A DNA stretch of 64,000 nucleotides from positions 52,609,172 to 52,673,171 of the forward strand of contig JARDVH010000099.1 in NCBI GenBank assembly GCA_030324005.1, written 5' to 3'. Source of the stretch: Negaprion brevirostris. Taxonomy: Eukaryota. Below are positions 25,401-38,420 of this stretch, piece by piece (positions within the stretch are counted from its first letter, which is position 1; every line of letters starts with the position of its first letter). A program made the position numbers and the translations under genes. Under the pieces are notes generated by a model, which saw nothing but the letters and a program-made list of their open reading frames with translations, made no database searches and was not told where the DNA came from.

Positions 25401-25684
25401 AATGACAACTCAAAGTGCAGCTGAGTTTCCAATGTGCAAATTCTAACTCCAGTCAAGGTTCCTCAGTTTATAGACCACAAGCATCCCATTTATAAAAGGT
25501 TCTCTTTTCTGACCTCAGTATTTAGTTCATTCGATCTGCTGAGAGTGTCCAGTGGTACAGGCATGCCACATTCTGCCCATCCATAATCTTGAGCCATTGT
25601 CAGTTAAGCTAACCAATCACAACAGCGCGGATATGAGTGGGTTAGTTGCAGGATCATGGAGAGCATACAGAATTTTTTCAACAT

Positions 25685-26628
25685 GGGGCGGAATTCTCCC
25701 AAAAGCATGACTAACACCGGAAACCTAGATCTCATCCAAAGCTGGGATTATCTGGTGGTGCTGCAGTGAATGAAGTTTTAATTAAGGTCCAAATTCTCCA
25801 TTCTTGCTGACAGCGGGGCAAATGATCGAAGGATCCAGCCCTAAATGTCAGTTCCAGTGGGTGTGTGCTGGAGCAGACGAGTGAAGGGGCAGAGAGACAG
25901 ATAAGAANNNNNNNNNNNNNNNNNNNNNNNNNNNNNNNNNNNNNNNNNNNNNNNNNNNNNNNNNNNNNNNNNNNNNNNNNNNNNNNNNNNNNNNNNNNNN
26001 NNNNNNNAGTTTAAACAGCACCCCAATGTCAAAGTTAAGTTAAGGGTCCCCCCACCTCACACTACCCCCCTCCCCCCTCCGCAGACGTGCAGAACAACCA
26101 AACCCCTTGACCATGAAGAGGCAACGTACCCCCCCAATCACTAAATGGCCAGGTAACGCCCCCCAACATCATGCAGGAATAAGCGTGACCTGGCCCACTC
26201 CTCATCCATCCTCAGCAGTACTGGGGCATCACCCATCCCTTAATCCAATTTCCCACCACCGCAAGTGAGTGATACCCCACTAGGGGGTCAGCTCAGGCCC
26301 TACCCCTTGCCAGTGCCAAACACCAAGGAGGCAAGGACAGGGCACTGCCCAGCCATGTTCCTGAACACTTGAGAGTTTCAATGGCCTCCAAGCCCCCAGG
26401 TGGTCATCATGTCTGGATTCTGTTTGTGGAGACCAATAGTGATTTGTGCCTGATTCCCGTTGTGCCAGAAGGTTGGGTGAATACCAAGAGCTGGGTGAAT
26501 TTGGCTTTAAATCAACGTTGCATACTTAAATCAGGATTTTAAATATGCTAATCTGGTTCAGACCCTTCTCGGTTTCTATGGTCATAATGCGATTTTTGCA
26601 GGGGCACGTGTGGCTAGAGAATTGCCCC
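25685..26628. mobile_element. Non-autonomous Harbinger-like DNA transposon (about 0.94 kb)
   Basis: TIRs GGGGCGGAATTCTC ... GAGAATTGCCCC, flanked by CAT/TAT (3-bp TSD with one mismatch). Confidence 0.65.
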
Positions 26629-28471
26629 TATTATATTTGTGATGAGAAATTTGCTTATGAGAAAAGTTCATTGGAACATGAAAGTAATGAGAAAATGTAA
26701 TAGATTATGCACTCTTTAATACAGTCAATAGGGAAAGAAAATGCTCTGACTGGAATGTCAGTGACAAAGAACTCATCAATTTAAAACCAGGAAGAAAAGA
26801 GAAGAAATTTTGTCACCCAGAATTGTTGGTGGAGTATGGAATTTTAACTGTGAAGAGTGTTTGAGACAGAAACCACTACATTTTTTAAGTATTTAAATAT
26901 TTGAAGCAGGGGAACAGAGAAGGCTATTGGAAGAACAGGGCAATATGAGAATTTAGATTGCTCTAGCAGAGTTCTAGTAAACTCACTGTACGCTGTAAAT
27001 GTTGATGTCTCTATGGTTCTCCCTCAAAACCAGCAGAAGGTGGCATTGGGCCACCAGAATCCCAACTGGTTCCCAAACTGCTGGAGTAATCACTTAAAAG
27101 TCTCAGGTTAGGAATTAGATACCACAAGTGATACACCATCACTAAATACAAGGACCACAGGCAACTGATTGGAGGGTGATTTTGACTTAGGGTAATAGTG
27201 TAGAATGGGATTTATGATTCCGCTGGTTGTCCTGCATCTCTCCCAATTTTCATTTCCTGTCATTTTATTATATTGAATCTGCCTGAATCCATATTATGTG
27301 TTTTACGCTATCATCCAGTCACCCCACGCACATTGTTCACATATGACACAGGAATGGCAAAACTAATGTTTCTCATTATGTAGAATAAGGCAGTACAGTT
27401 AAGAACAGGTACTGATAAGAAAATGCAGAGGACAGTGTTTCAGAAGATGTCAGAGCCACATTATAGGATCCATATAGAAACCATCTACTTAAACAAGCAG
27501 CTCAAGCACTCAACTATCAGACATTTGGCAAATTTTTTCTTCTCACACTACTTTTGCAGTTACATTTTCTTGATCAGTATCCGTGTCTTGCTATGACATT
27601 GATTCAGGGTTAGTTTTATTTCCCTACAAAGGTCAGGTCTCTTTGAATGCCAGCATTGTGAAACATGCAGCACGCAATGATACTGGAGAATGGTGGTGGG
27701 ATGCTATAGAGTAAGGTGCCTTCAGACCCATTAAGGCATCCAAAGTGCTACTTTTAGATGTCAATGAAATGCTATAAAATGATCCTGGTGGTTGTGAGAG
27801 TCCAGATACCTCTGCAGTCAGACCTGTCTTAGTATCTGAAGAGAGTAACCTTTGATCTCTTAAGAGTCAATCTTCCAGTTTGTCTTCCCCTTCAAATGAA
27901 ACTGGCACTGTTGACTGGTGCAAAATGAAAACACTGCCATTGCTGCATAATAATTGGACACTAACCTTCATACAGTGTTAGCAGTAAGTGACCAGTTGCA
28001 TATTGATGTGAAACCATTTCTTTCGGTTCATGAAAGACTTTATACTGTGACTAGGCCCAGATGGCCACACACTGTTCAACAATCAGCCCCTGTACTTTTA
28101 GAAATCCAACAGGCAAAGGAAATGCATGTTTAAAGACAAAACAACTATTTACCTTACTTAATGCTAACAAAACATCTTTTTTGATTGTTTTGAAAATTTG
28201 AGAAAGTCTCTGGCCTGCTCCCTTTGCTATAGACAGAGAAAAAGGACAGATGGAAAATATCAAAAGGAATACGCTGAAAATATAATGACAGATATTCTCA
28301 CAAATTATGCTGCAAGTAAATCAGCCTCAAGATTGAGTGTCTTCCCTGCTGTATGGCAAAATCTTCAATAGAAGGTATGACAGATACATTTCTTAAGGCT
28401 AGTATGAAATAGTCCTCCAAAATGGGTGTATTATTTGTTCATCTCTAGTGAGGTTCAAGATGGCGATTTTA

Positions 28472-28603
<132 letters not shown>

Positions 28604-30247
28604 TTATTAACTAGGACAAAACACCACTGCCTGTCTCCATACAAACACAAAGCCTGCATGATTTAGCACTGAATCAAAACACCCACAATGAAGATGTAGC
28701 TGCATAATAAAGCTACCAATCTTGTTTATATCAAAACATAATTATGCTTTTGGACAACTACTCAGCGGCCAAACTGCATCATAAATTGTTACCAGAATGA
28801 ATAATATAAAAGGAATGCTTTTTAATTTTCAAAACTGGCAATCTTTCCAGCTCCACATAAAATCAAGCAGCACTGCTTTGACAGGCAAATGTTGGAGATT
28901 AATTATCTATAGGGATTACAATACAGTTGCTGAGATTTCAATTGGCCACTAATACTTCACTGTCAGCATTGCATTCATTAAGGCACAAACGGGCAAAAAT
29001 TGAAATGAATCTTTTAGATAGACCTCCAATTGAACCTGAAGACCCCATGAGCACCCAAGGTACAGGCTTAGCAGAGAGCTTTGCTTCAGTAATTTTGCAA
29101 AGAATTGATTATCTGTTATGCTGCATTGAGATATCTACACTATTGATCACGGAGATTAAGGTACTCAGGCATCTTTTATTTTCTCATAGAAAGACATGCT
29201 ATACTTGCAACAAATAACACTAAGTAAGGACTAGTTTGTTATTGTTGTCACTCTTCATGTAGAACACAGCAGTTACTTTTTAATTTAAAATCAATGACAG
29301 TCTGAAAGGCAGCCTTGTTCCATCAGCATAAATGAACCATTTATCTTTCCAAGGAGTACCAGTTTGATCATCAGACAAGGTGAGAGTAAAACATATATGT
29401 TTTAATAACAAGAAATTCTTCACAGGTATCAAGAATTATCACTTGTGTGAATGTGTTTTCCTTGTTTTCAAAGAAATGCCAGTATAGTGTACTTGTAAAC
29501 TGGATGGAGAGATGTGAAATATTTTTCACATTTTTATACATACGTACTTCAAATGTTATTTATTTTAAATCAGCAGCATTATGTTATCATTCACTCAACC
29601 TAGATCTGAAAAATAGAAAATAAATGGAAATCTCACTTACACTAACGTTAATTGAAGGCACCTTGATTCTTTTTTCAAATATTTACTTTATATACTTTAT
29701 ATTTAGCATCAACCTATAGAGAATCTGGGCATCAATACTTAAAATATGTAATTTCAATAACAACTAAAACATCAGAACATGTCTGGCTTAAAACTTACAT
29801 TTCATCTAATATGCACGTTGAGAGGAAGGGACAGTGAGTTTTAAAAGAGGGTGATTATTTTTAAAAGAAGTTATCAATAAATCTATATATATCAATGGAA
29901 AATATTAGACTTTCAGGATATCATTTTTACTTAGCTAGTTTGAAATTCCAGTTCACTAAAAACTTGCAATTTTAAAGCTTAACATATAATGATAATAGTT
30001 TGGAAGTACTGAACTGAATTATATAAGATACTGGATTCCTTGAACCTTCTGCCTCAGATTAATTGGCTGGAAATAAAGTAGAGGTGGGACTCCTCTCCTC
30101 CCCCCCAAGGGACAAGCAGTCCTGTCTTAGAGCTGCCGGCCGACCAGAGTTCAGCAGCTCTCCAGGACTTTGGATATGCAGTGCTGGATCATTTGGGGAT
30201 CTGACTTGGTGCCATGCAGGTCCTGGTAAGGGTGGGGGGTGGGCCTC

Positions 30248-30410
30248 TAACTACCTAACCTGCACACCTTTAGACTGTGGGAGAAAACCAGAGCACTCAA
30301 GGAAACCCTTACAAATATAGGGAGACAGTGCAAACTCCACACAGTCATCCAAGGCCGGAATTGAATTCAGGTTCCTGGCACTGTGCTAACCAGTGTGCCA
30401 CCATGCCACC
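30248..30410 (-). mobile_element. HE1/V-SINE 5' part (tRNA-derived)
   Basis: Antisense of ggtggcatggtggcacactggttagcac...ttcaattcc...tgtgtggagtttgcac...gtttctcccacagtc. Confidence 0.85.
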
Positions 30411-31194
30411 AAGTGTCTACCCACTTCATCAGTTTATCTATATCCTCTTAAAGTATGTTACTACCGTTCCCACTATCTATTACATTTCCAAGTTTCTTGT
30501 TAGCTGCAAATTCTGCAATCATGCAATGTACAACCATTCACCACTACTCTCAATCCTTTAGCTAATTTCATATCCACACTGACACAACTCTGCCTATTTA
30601 ATATTACAGGCTTTAACTTTGCTCAAGTCTAACAAGCAGGTTTCCCTTTTTCTTAACTTTAGGCTCCTCTGCTCAATATTTCTGAGACAGTACACCCTAG
30701 AAAGCTGAATAATGTTACAACAGAATCTGTATTGTTCAGCTCACAAGAAAACATCAAATAACAATAGGCCACTCCGTTCTTCAAATCATTTCTTTCTGTA
30801 GGCCATTTATTCCATCCGCTTTTCAAGGGAGTTGATCTAATAATTTAACAGGGAGTATTTCAGTTTATTATATGGGAGAATTAGAATATGCTAACTATAA
30901 ACAACATTCTCCTCTTATTTGGGTGATATAAAAAATGGTGTACAAAACAAATGCTGGAATTTTCCATTCTGGAGACTAAGTGGGGTGGGGGTGGAAAAGT
31001 TGGCATGATTCCCACTGGGCGGCAGGGTGGATTTTTCCATATCTTCTGCCTTTTAGCTCAATAATTAGCAATAGTGAGGAACTCATTGATTTGTCCATCC
31101 TGCAGTTTTCTTATTTAAATGGCACCCACACAGACATTCACTCACTGCTGGCCAGGTATTGTGCTAAGTAAAGCAATGACTCCGAAAAGAAACC

Positions 31195-31410
31195 AACCCT
31201 CTGGGTTTGAACAACAGTTCAGCGAGGCCTCCCTGAGATTTTCATCCAAGCTGTACAGGAAAGACGGAAGGTCCACTTTACATGGATGGGAGGAGGTCGT
31301 CTGCACATCTGACCACATCGTCCTGGGAGGAGGTCACCAGGGAGATTAGTGCCTGTGGCTAACAAAAAAAAGTCTGCTTTGCGGTGCAGAAAAAGGACAA
31401 ATGATCTGTC
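31195..31410 (+). pseudogene. Harbinger Myb/SANT-like (trihelix) DNA-binding ORF relic, within a larger decayed element (about 30953-33130)
   Basis: With 3 frameshifts reads FSEASL-EIFIQAVQERRKVHF-DGRRSSAHLTTSSWEEVTREISA-ALRCRKRTNDL, the FS..L..L...W.EVA..VS...CRKR.NDL pattern. A TIR-like gctggaattttcc lies at about 30953. Confidence 0.7.
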
Positions 31411-33169
31411 ACCAACTAGTCAAACGGTTAGAGGCCACAGGGATGTCAAAAATGATGAGCAGATGGGACATCAGCACTACATGATTGCCTGCCATTTGAA
31501 GAATCCTATCTCATGTTAGATGCTGTAGAAATAATATCTTCAACCCTTACTGGGGAGTGCTCAACACATGCAGAAAGCATGCATGCTTCCAAATGGCTTT
31601 TTCATTCGTAATAGTCAGTTAATCCATCTGTCTCTACGAGGCAATAACTGTCCATAATTGGCATGAGGGGGCCAAGAACCCAAGAACTGTAGCTGAGGGT
31701 ATTTGCACCCCATGAGCAGCAGGCTGCAGACGTGGGTGAGGACAGGAATCATTCCCATGAGAAAGAGGAGATTGGCTTCCCCCAACAAGCCTGTAAAGGT
31801 TCTGCCTAGCATGCATCGACAACATGACAAAGATTAAGAGTGATCCATAGCGTAATTATCTATTTTCTTTATCCTAGACAGCAGCAAGAAAATGTGGAGG
31901 AAGAACTTTTGCAAGTGCTCAGCCTGAACCCCCAAATCAGCTCAGATGAGAATATAAACAACCTATCTTCTGAAGATCCGTCACTAAGGTCACCTGCATC
32001 CTCTAGCAAAGCAGATACAAGCACCTCAGTGGATCCTATACATAAGTTTGGTTACAATCTGGTGGTGGTCACCTTACAGATATGTGTCCACAGCAGGCAG
32101 AGGCAGAGACAGATGAGGGCTCAGATACTTGTGAGGACTGCTGGAAACCAGGCCCCTTCAAATTTCAAGACCAATGGTTAATCTCTTCAATTAGCATTGG
32201 CAGAAAAGTTGGGAGTTTCAGAAAACATCAGTCAGGATTGTCAGAGGCTGCCAGTAAACTGAAACAAAGCATGTGGAGGAGTCCGTTCACATTCTGGTTA
32301 ATGTCACGGCTCTGGCAAGCAAGTGAATTGAAGTGTCCATGCGAAGGGTAGAGGCTGCTTGGAGATCCAGGTCTATCAGAACACAAAATTTCTGCTGGAT
32401 TTGTGCTTGACCTACACTCCAACACTGTAGTCATGGGTGTGTTCCAGCAGTGGTGGGGTGAGAGGGGAATGGGGCATCTTAGCCTCCTTTCAGACGCTTC
32501 TCCTTTTCAAGAAATTAAGGAAGGGTCCTCAGCCATCTAAAAGGAGGAGCAGCACCTTCTGGGGGCATCCACCTAGGAGTCTCCAAGTGTGTCCAGCCAC
32601 TTCAAATTCTCTCTGCCTGTGACCCCATCAACTCCAGCAGATTAGGCCAAGGAGGGTGCACCTGCCCCAGAACAGGGGATCCTGAGTAGACCAGGGCCCT
32701 TTAGGCCTTGGACCTCCAAAGGACACCTGCCAAAGACATCTTGGATAATGGGGCTACTTCCATCTCTGCTGTGGATGTTGGATCTGCACTTTGATATAAC
32801 AATAAGGGTTGGAAAACTTAAGACGTTTCTTTGTATTTATCCCTCTTCAAGAGTCAGAATGGCTAACTGGCGAGATGCAAGGCCCCGTGTTCACTCACGG
32901 GAACCCCCACCCCAATTTTCTCCCACATTGTCCCTAAATTCACTGAGGTCTCATTCAATGTCTTCACATTCAATCAGCTTTAGTTCCACATTGGCAACAT
33001 GCACAGGTCACTTCCTATGTGAAAATAATGATTGGACAATACATATGAACCCTTGCGTCTGAGGATCACATTATGTGACCTCATGAGAATTCTTCTTGGG
33101 TGGTTTGTGGTTATCCTGATGCTGCTGCACTGATGGCATCATCAGAGCAGATGCAACAGAGATTGAGAG

Positions 33170-33984
33170 AGAGTGAGAATGGAAAATATTCCTTACAGGG
33201 TCAAGCAAGTGTAGTCAGGATTGCTGTGGGAGTCAGACAGATTATAGTGGATATTGGCTGATAGCCTATTCACAAAAATAGAAATAGGAATGTTGAGCAG
33301 ATGGAATGGAAGAGTTGGAGATCGACCGTGTGAAGGTAAGGAAAGGATGTAAATTGGAAGCAAAGTTGATGAAGTTTTCCAGTTCAGGTTGACAGTAGGA
33401 AACTACACTGGTAGAGCCATCAATGCATCAGAAAAAGAGGTGAGAGACGGAGCTTGAGTAGGAATGGAACGAAGAACGTTCCACTTGTCTGACAAAGAAG
33501 GAAGTATAGTCAGGGACCATTAGAGTTCTCAGGGTAACACTTTTGAGTTGGAGGAATGGAATGGCGTCAAAAGAGAAGTTGATTAACGTGAGAATAAATT
33601 CACCCAGGCAAAAGAAAGATTGAGATTGGGCGAGCCTTTGTTCATGGAAGAAGTAGAGAATCCTCACATTGTCTTGGTGGGGGAAAGAAATGTATAGAGA
33701 GAGAAGGTTCATGATGAAAAGAAGATAGTTAGCATCAGGAAAATAAACTGCTAACAGTGGCAGAGGGTGTTGGAAGTATTGTGGATATAGCTGGGATAAC
33801 ACTGGACAAGGGAAGGGTAAAAGAAACAAGGTAGGACATATTAGTCCTTTAGGGCAAGAGAAGGCTGAAATGGTAGCTTACCAGAGCAGTCTATTTTGTA
33901 AAGCCTGGGAAAGAGATGGAAATATTCTGCGTATGGCTGAGGAATGATGAAGTTGGAAGCTGTGGAAAGAAGATCTCCAGAGTC
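33170..33984 (-). mobile_element. Penelope-like retroelement RT fragment
   Basis: LGEFILTLINFSFDAIPFLQLKSVTLRTLMVPDY...HLFF*CIDG...ELENFINFASNLHPFLTFT is a decayed form of Penelope RT (L.ELVLTLNNFSF...FLQ.KGVAMG..MGPSY...FRYIDD...FHP.L.FT). Confidence 0.8.
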
Positions 33985-35117
33985 NNNNNNNNNNNNNNNN
34001 NNNNNNNNNNNNNNNNNNNNNNNNNNNNNNNNNNNNNNNNNNNNNNNNNNNNNNNNNNNNNNNNNNNNNNNNNNNNNNNNNNNNNNNNNNNNNNNNNNNN
34101 NNNNNNNNNNNNNNNNNNNNNNNNNNNNNNNNNNNNNNNNNNNNNNNNNNNNNNNNNNNNNNNNNNNNNNNNNNNNNNNNNNNNNNNNNNNNNNNNNNNN
34201 NNNNNNNNNNNNNNNNNNNNNNNNNNNNNNNNNNNNNNNNNNNNNNNNNNNNNNNNNNNNNNNNNNNNNNNNNNNNNNNNNNNNNNNNNNNNNNNNNNNN
34301 NNNNNNNNNNNNNNNNNNNNNNNNNNNNNNNNNNNNNNNNNNNNNNNNNNNNNNNNNNNNNNNNNNNNNNNNNNNNNNNNNNNNNNNNNNNNNNNNNNNN
34401 NNNNNNNNNNNNNNNNNNNNNNNNNNNNNNNNNNNNNNNNNNNNNNNNNNNNNNNNNNNNNNNNNNNNNNNNNNNNNNNNNNNNNNNNNNNNNNNNNNNN
34501 NNNNNNNNNNNNNNNNNNNNNNNNNNNNNNNNNNNNNNNNNNNNNNNNNNNNNNNNNNNNNNNNNNNNNNNNNNNNNNNNNNNNNNNNNNNNNNNNNNNN
34601 NNNNNNNNNNNNNNNNNNNNNNNNNNNNNNNNNNNNNNNNNNNNNNNNNNNNNNNNNNNNNNNNNNNNNNNNNNNNNNNNNNNNNNNNNNNNNNNAACTT
34701 TGCACTAGTGTAATGAATTCTTCCATCTTTATAGCTTACTGTTTTGAAAGAGATGAATCTGATAATATTTTACAGAGTACACAAATTACTTTTTGACATT
34801 TTGAACAGTCTGGTGGCATATCTTTGGAGCAGTAGAAACTCAAAGGGATTTGAAGCTACCTGGACTATTTTCAGCTCATAACCCAACATTGTAACAAACC
34901 TGAACATTAAGAACAGAATGTGACATTAAAGTAGAGAAGCAAGGTACTCAAGGAATTGGGAGAGACAGGTAGCACTAGGGGAAGAAATAGTGAGATATTA
35001 GACGGAGTCAGCATAAGAAGGAATGCAAAAAGATGCAAATTAGATCTACAGGCGTGTTTGTGAATGATGGAGTAAGGTTGGTGAGCTGAAAATGAAGTTA
35101 ACCTAGTGGGAATAAGT

Positions 35118-35790
35118 AGCTAGATTTTACGTTTACCAGCCAGTGGGTTTGAAAGTGGGAAACTCGCAAAATCCAGCATGTGTTCTTCCCGCCAAACAGT
35201 ATGAAATTGTGTAGAGGGTGTGGGATAGTCACGAGACAGCCTGCCAGTCCTTGAGCCTAATGACCTCACCCAACCCACAATGATATTTTACCTGCAGGAT
35301 GGAAAGGCTCATGCCATGCGAGAAGCCCAGCAACTTCAGCTGTGTGAACTGGTGTTGGGCAAATGAGGGAAAGACCTCCTTTGTGGCTTCTCTGGCTCCA
35401 GTGGAGGCACCACTCTCCCAAAATCACACTTAACCCTTCCCATTGCCTTCACAGACCAGCCTCCCCTCCTCTCACCCAGGCATGTCAGCTTGATCCTGGC
35501 AGTTCCCAGGACTTACCAGATTCTGGGCTCCTCTTTGTCACAACTGGTTGCAGTCTTTTAAGGCAGGTCTTCCTCCTGGGATAGATGCTGAAGTCTCAAA
35601 GCAATTAATGCTGCTCCCAGTGTTAAAGTGATACATGCCAGCCTCACGATTGTGGGGAGGTTTGCCACCAACATTTGAGCTGGATGGGGGCCACAGCATC
35701 CTGTAAAACCTGACCCAAGTTGTTGTGGCAATAATGGAGATCTGACTCAAAAAATGGCAGGATTGGGGCTGAAATATTTCTGGATACGAA
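35118..35790. mobile_element. Decayed non-autonomous Harbinger-like element
   Basis: TIR-like gctagattttac ... gtaaaacctgaccc, with a GC-richer interior similar to 22800-23310 and 42060-42680. Confidence 0.4.
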
Positions 35791-36721
35791 GGGCTGGATT
35801 TTTCTCTGGGGATGGCAACTCGGCTCTCTTGCATGTGGTAATTTGCTGAATCTTGGCAAGTGAAGACGAGGGTCTCTCCTACAGTCCCTGAAGGAATGGA
35901 AGGATCAGAGGAACTGGTAAACCCACATAACTTTTACAGAATCCTGTGATTAGTCTTAGAATAGGACTTGCAGAGATATGGGAGCATTTGCACATCTCAG
36001 GCTAGGTTAAGTCAGGAACAGTAAATGGTAGAAAAACATCACAAAAGAATAAACAGAAAAATAATTCATAAAATTGGGTAAACTAAACTTAAATCAAGAA
36101 GTGTCCAGGGTGAGTGTGAAAGTGAATATGGAGTTTGAAAACTCTGTTGCAATAGCAGCTGACATCCAGACATTATGGATGGAATGCATGCCTTANNNNN
36201 NNNNNNNNNNNNNNNNCTGTGTACTGTTTGAGTTTTATTCCAAAAATACACACAATTGGCCAAAAGCCATTTCTGCAATAAAGTTTTATATTATTTTAGT
36301 GTTGTAAGACATTCCACTTCTCTTAACAAAATTATTTTGGATCTGGGCACTTTGATTTCCTTGAGCAGAATAGTCCTCAATCCCTTGCTGCTACTTTTAT
36401 TCAATAACATTTTTATTGTAGACTAGTCTTTGATTTTGGCTACATTCTCAGATAAGTATTGGAAATTAGGTTACACATAGAATTCAGTTCCAGGAGATGC
36501 TTTTCGTAATTAATCCGGATACAATCTATAATGTAAAAGATTTAAGGCCTCGAAATTAAACTTTGCTGTGCCTGTTTTATGCCCATGAATTGGATGCAAT
36601 GAGGGCCAATTTTAAGTCAAAATTATTTTTTATATGAAACTAAGAGTTAAACACGCATCAGATAATTTACCTGTCCATGAGTGGCTGAATATCCCTTCTG
36701 TGAAATTGAACATTGGCGTTT

Positions 36722-37631
36722 TAAAAAAAAATTCATGGTATTTATATGTCAACGCCATCTTTTATTAGCTATCCCTAAAGGGTGGCACTGTGGCACACTG
36801 GTTAGCTCACACTGCTGCCTCACAGTACCAGGGGCACGGGTTTGAATCCTGGTTTGGGTGACTGACTGTGTGGAGGCTGCACATCTTCCATGTGTCTGTG
36901 TGGATTTCCTCCGGGAGCTCCGGTTTCTTCCCACAGTCCGAAAGACGTGCTGGTTAGGTGCATTGGTCATGTTAAATTGCCTCTCAGTCTACCCAAACAG
37001 ATGCCGGAGTGTGGTGACTAGGTGATTTTCACGGCAACTTCATTGCAGTGTTAATGTAAGGCTACTTGTTACACTGATAAATAAACTAATTGCCCTTGAG
37101 ACTGAGGTGGTGAATTGCCTTCTTGAATTGCTGCAAGCCCTCTGGTGAAGGTATTCCCACAGTGACATTTTCATAGTCGTTTGGTACAATGGAGTGGCTT
37201 GCTAGACCACTTCAAAAGGCAGTTAAGAGTCAATCACGACACTGGTCTGGAGTCATGTATAGACCAGACCAGACTGAGGAAACAGATTTCCCTCCCATAA
37301 AAAAATTAGTGAACCAGATGAGTTTTCACATGATTAATTATATGGTCACTATTATTGAGACTAGTTCTCTATTCCAGATTTATTTAACTGAATTTAAATT
37401 CCTGCAAGGTTACCATTATTGAGACTAGCACTATATTCCAAATGTATTTAATTAATGGAATTTTAATTCCTACATGGTCAACATTTTTGAGATCAGCTTT
37501 ATATTTCAGATTTGTTTCAGTAATTAAATTTAAATCCCTCAGTTACCCATGGTGAAATCTGAACTCACATCTCTGGATTATTAGCCCAGGTTTTCGATTG
37601 CTCTTCCAATGACCATTATGCCACCGCACCT
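36722..37631 (-). mobile_element. SINE with LINE-A tail, split by a V-SINE insertion
   Basis: The antisense tail (tatccctaa / ttgcccttgag) is broken by 36780-37086. ggcagttaagagtcaa...cagatttccctccc matches the reverse of the SINE at 10163. Confidence 0.75.
36780..37086 (+). mobile_element. Full-length V-SINE (HE1-related head and core, alternative 3' tail)
   Basis: tRNA-like A/B boxes (tggcacactggtt, ggtttgaatcc), V-domain (tgtgtggag...ggtttcttcccacagtcc), tail cttcattgcagtgttaatgtaag...aataaa, and CTAA on both sides. Confidence 0.9.
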
Positions 37632-38264
37632 AAGAGTGGAGCAGAAGTCAGGCCACCTCTGCTCTGAATTCTTCAGTGGTGGCTACAGCTTAAGCAGCAC
37701 TTTTCAGAAAATGAAAAGTAAGTCATCAGTACTCTGGTCCCCACCAGCCCATACGGGCTTACCTTTGGACTGTCCCTCGTGAACACAGTGGACTGCACTT
37801 TATCTTTTTAAAATGGGTGAGTTAGTGCAACAAGTCTCAGCAGCTCACCCAGATAATATTACAAAGCCCTGGGCTTCAACTTCAGGCTGGCTTTGAGCAT
37901 CCTGGTTCAGGCATTCCACTCCACTGGTCTGCATTTCACTAATTATATTCCCAAAGATAAGCCATAACCAGTTTCTGGTTATGCTCAGGTGCATTTCAGA
38001 AAGACCCTTTCAGAAATGAAGAAAAAATCAAACTGACCTTTGGCTAAAATCATGTTTGCACATAATATTTGAAGTTTAAAACTTGATGTGCACTGGGAGC
38101 TTACCGTTCAATAATGACTGTTGTGAAATTTCAAGCTCTGTAGCAGCTTAAAGAGGTAGGGATCTAGAAATATCCAACTGAGTAAATTTTGTGTGAAGAA
38201 TGTTTAGCAAGACGTCTGAAAATTGTCATCTAGAATTGTTTAATCTTTTGTTCTCATGGGCTGC

Positions 38265-38420
38265 ATAAAATCATAGGAAATAGGATAGGAGTTGGCCATT
38301 CAGCCCCCTCTGTCTTTCAATAAGATCATAGCTGATTTAAATGTGGCTTTAAAAGCACTTTCTTGCCTGTCCTCCTTGACGACTTTGTCAATCAAAAATC
38401 TGTTTAATTCAGTCTTGAAT
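38265..38420 (-). mobile_element. Short CR1 3' tail fragment
   Basis: ggccattcagccc...ttcaataagatcatagctgat. Confidence 0.65.

Noticed and set aside
33878-34726. Long ORFs of 250-280 aa (also 61840-62462 and 51-326)
   Set aside because: They are artefacts of translating N runs as X.
36780-36860. tRNA-like sequences (also 53604-53680 and 30340-30410)
   Set aside because: They are SINE heads continuing into V-domain and LINE-derived tails, not tRNA genes.
37351-37545. Repeat-spacer-like periodicity suggestive of a CRISPR array
   Set aside because: The context is eukaryotic, the units are whole diverged tandem duplications inside a SINE, and there are no cas genes.
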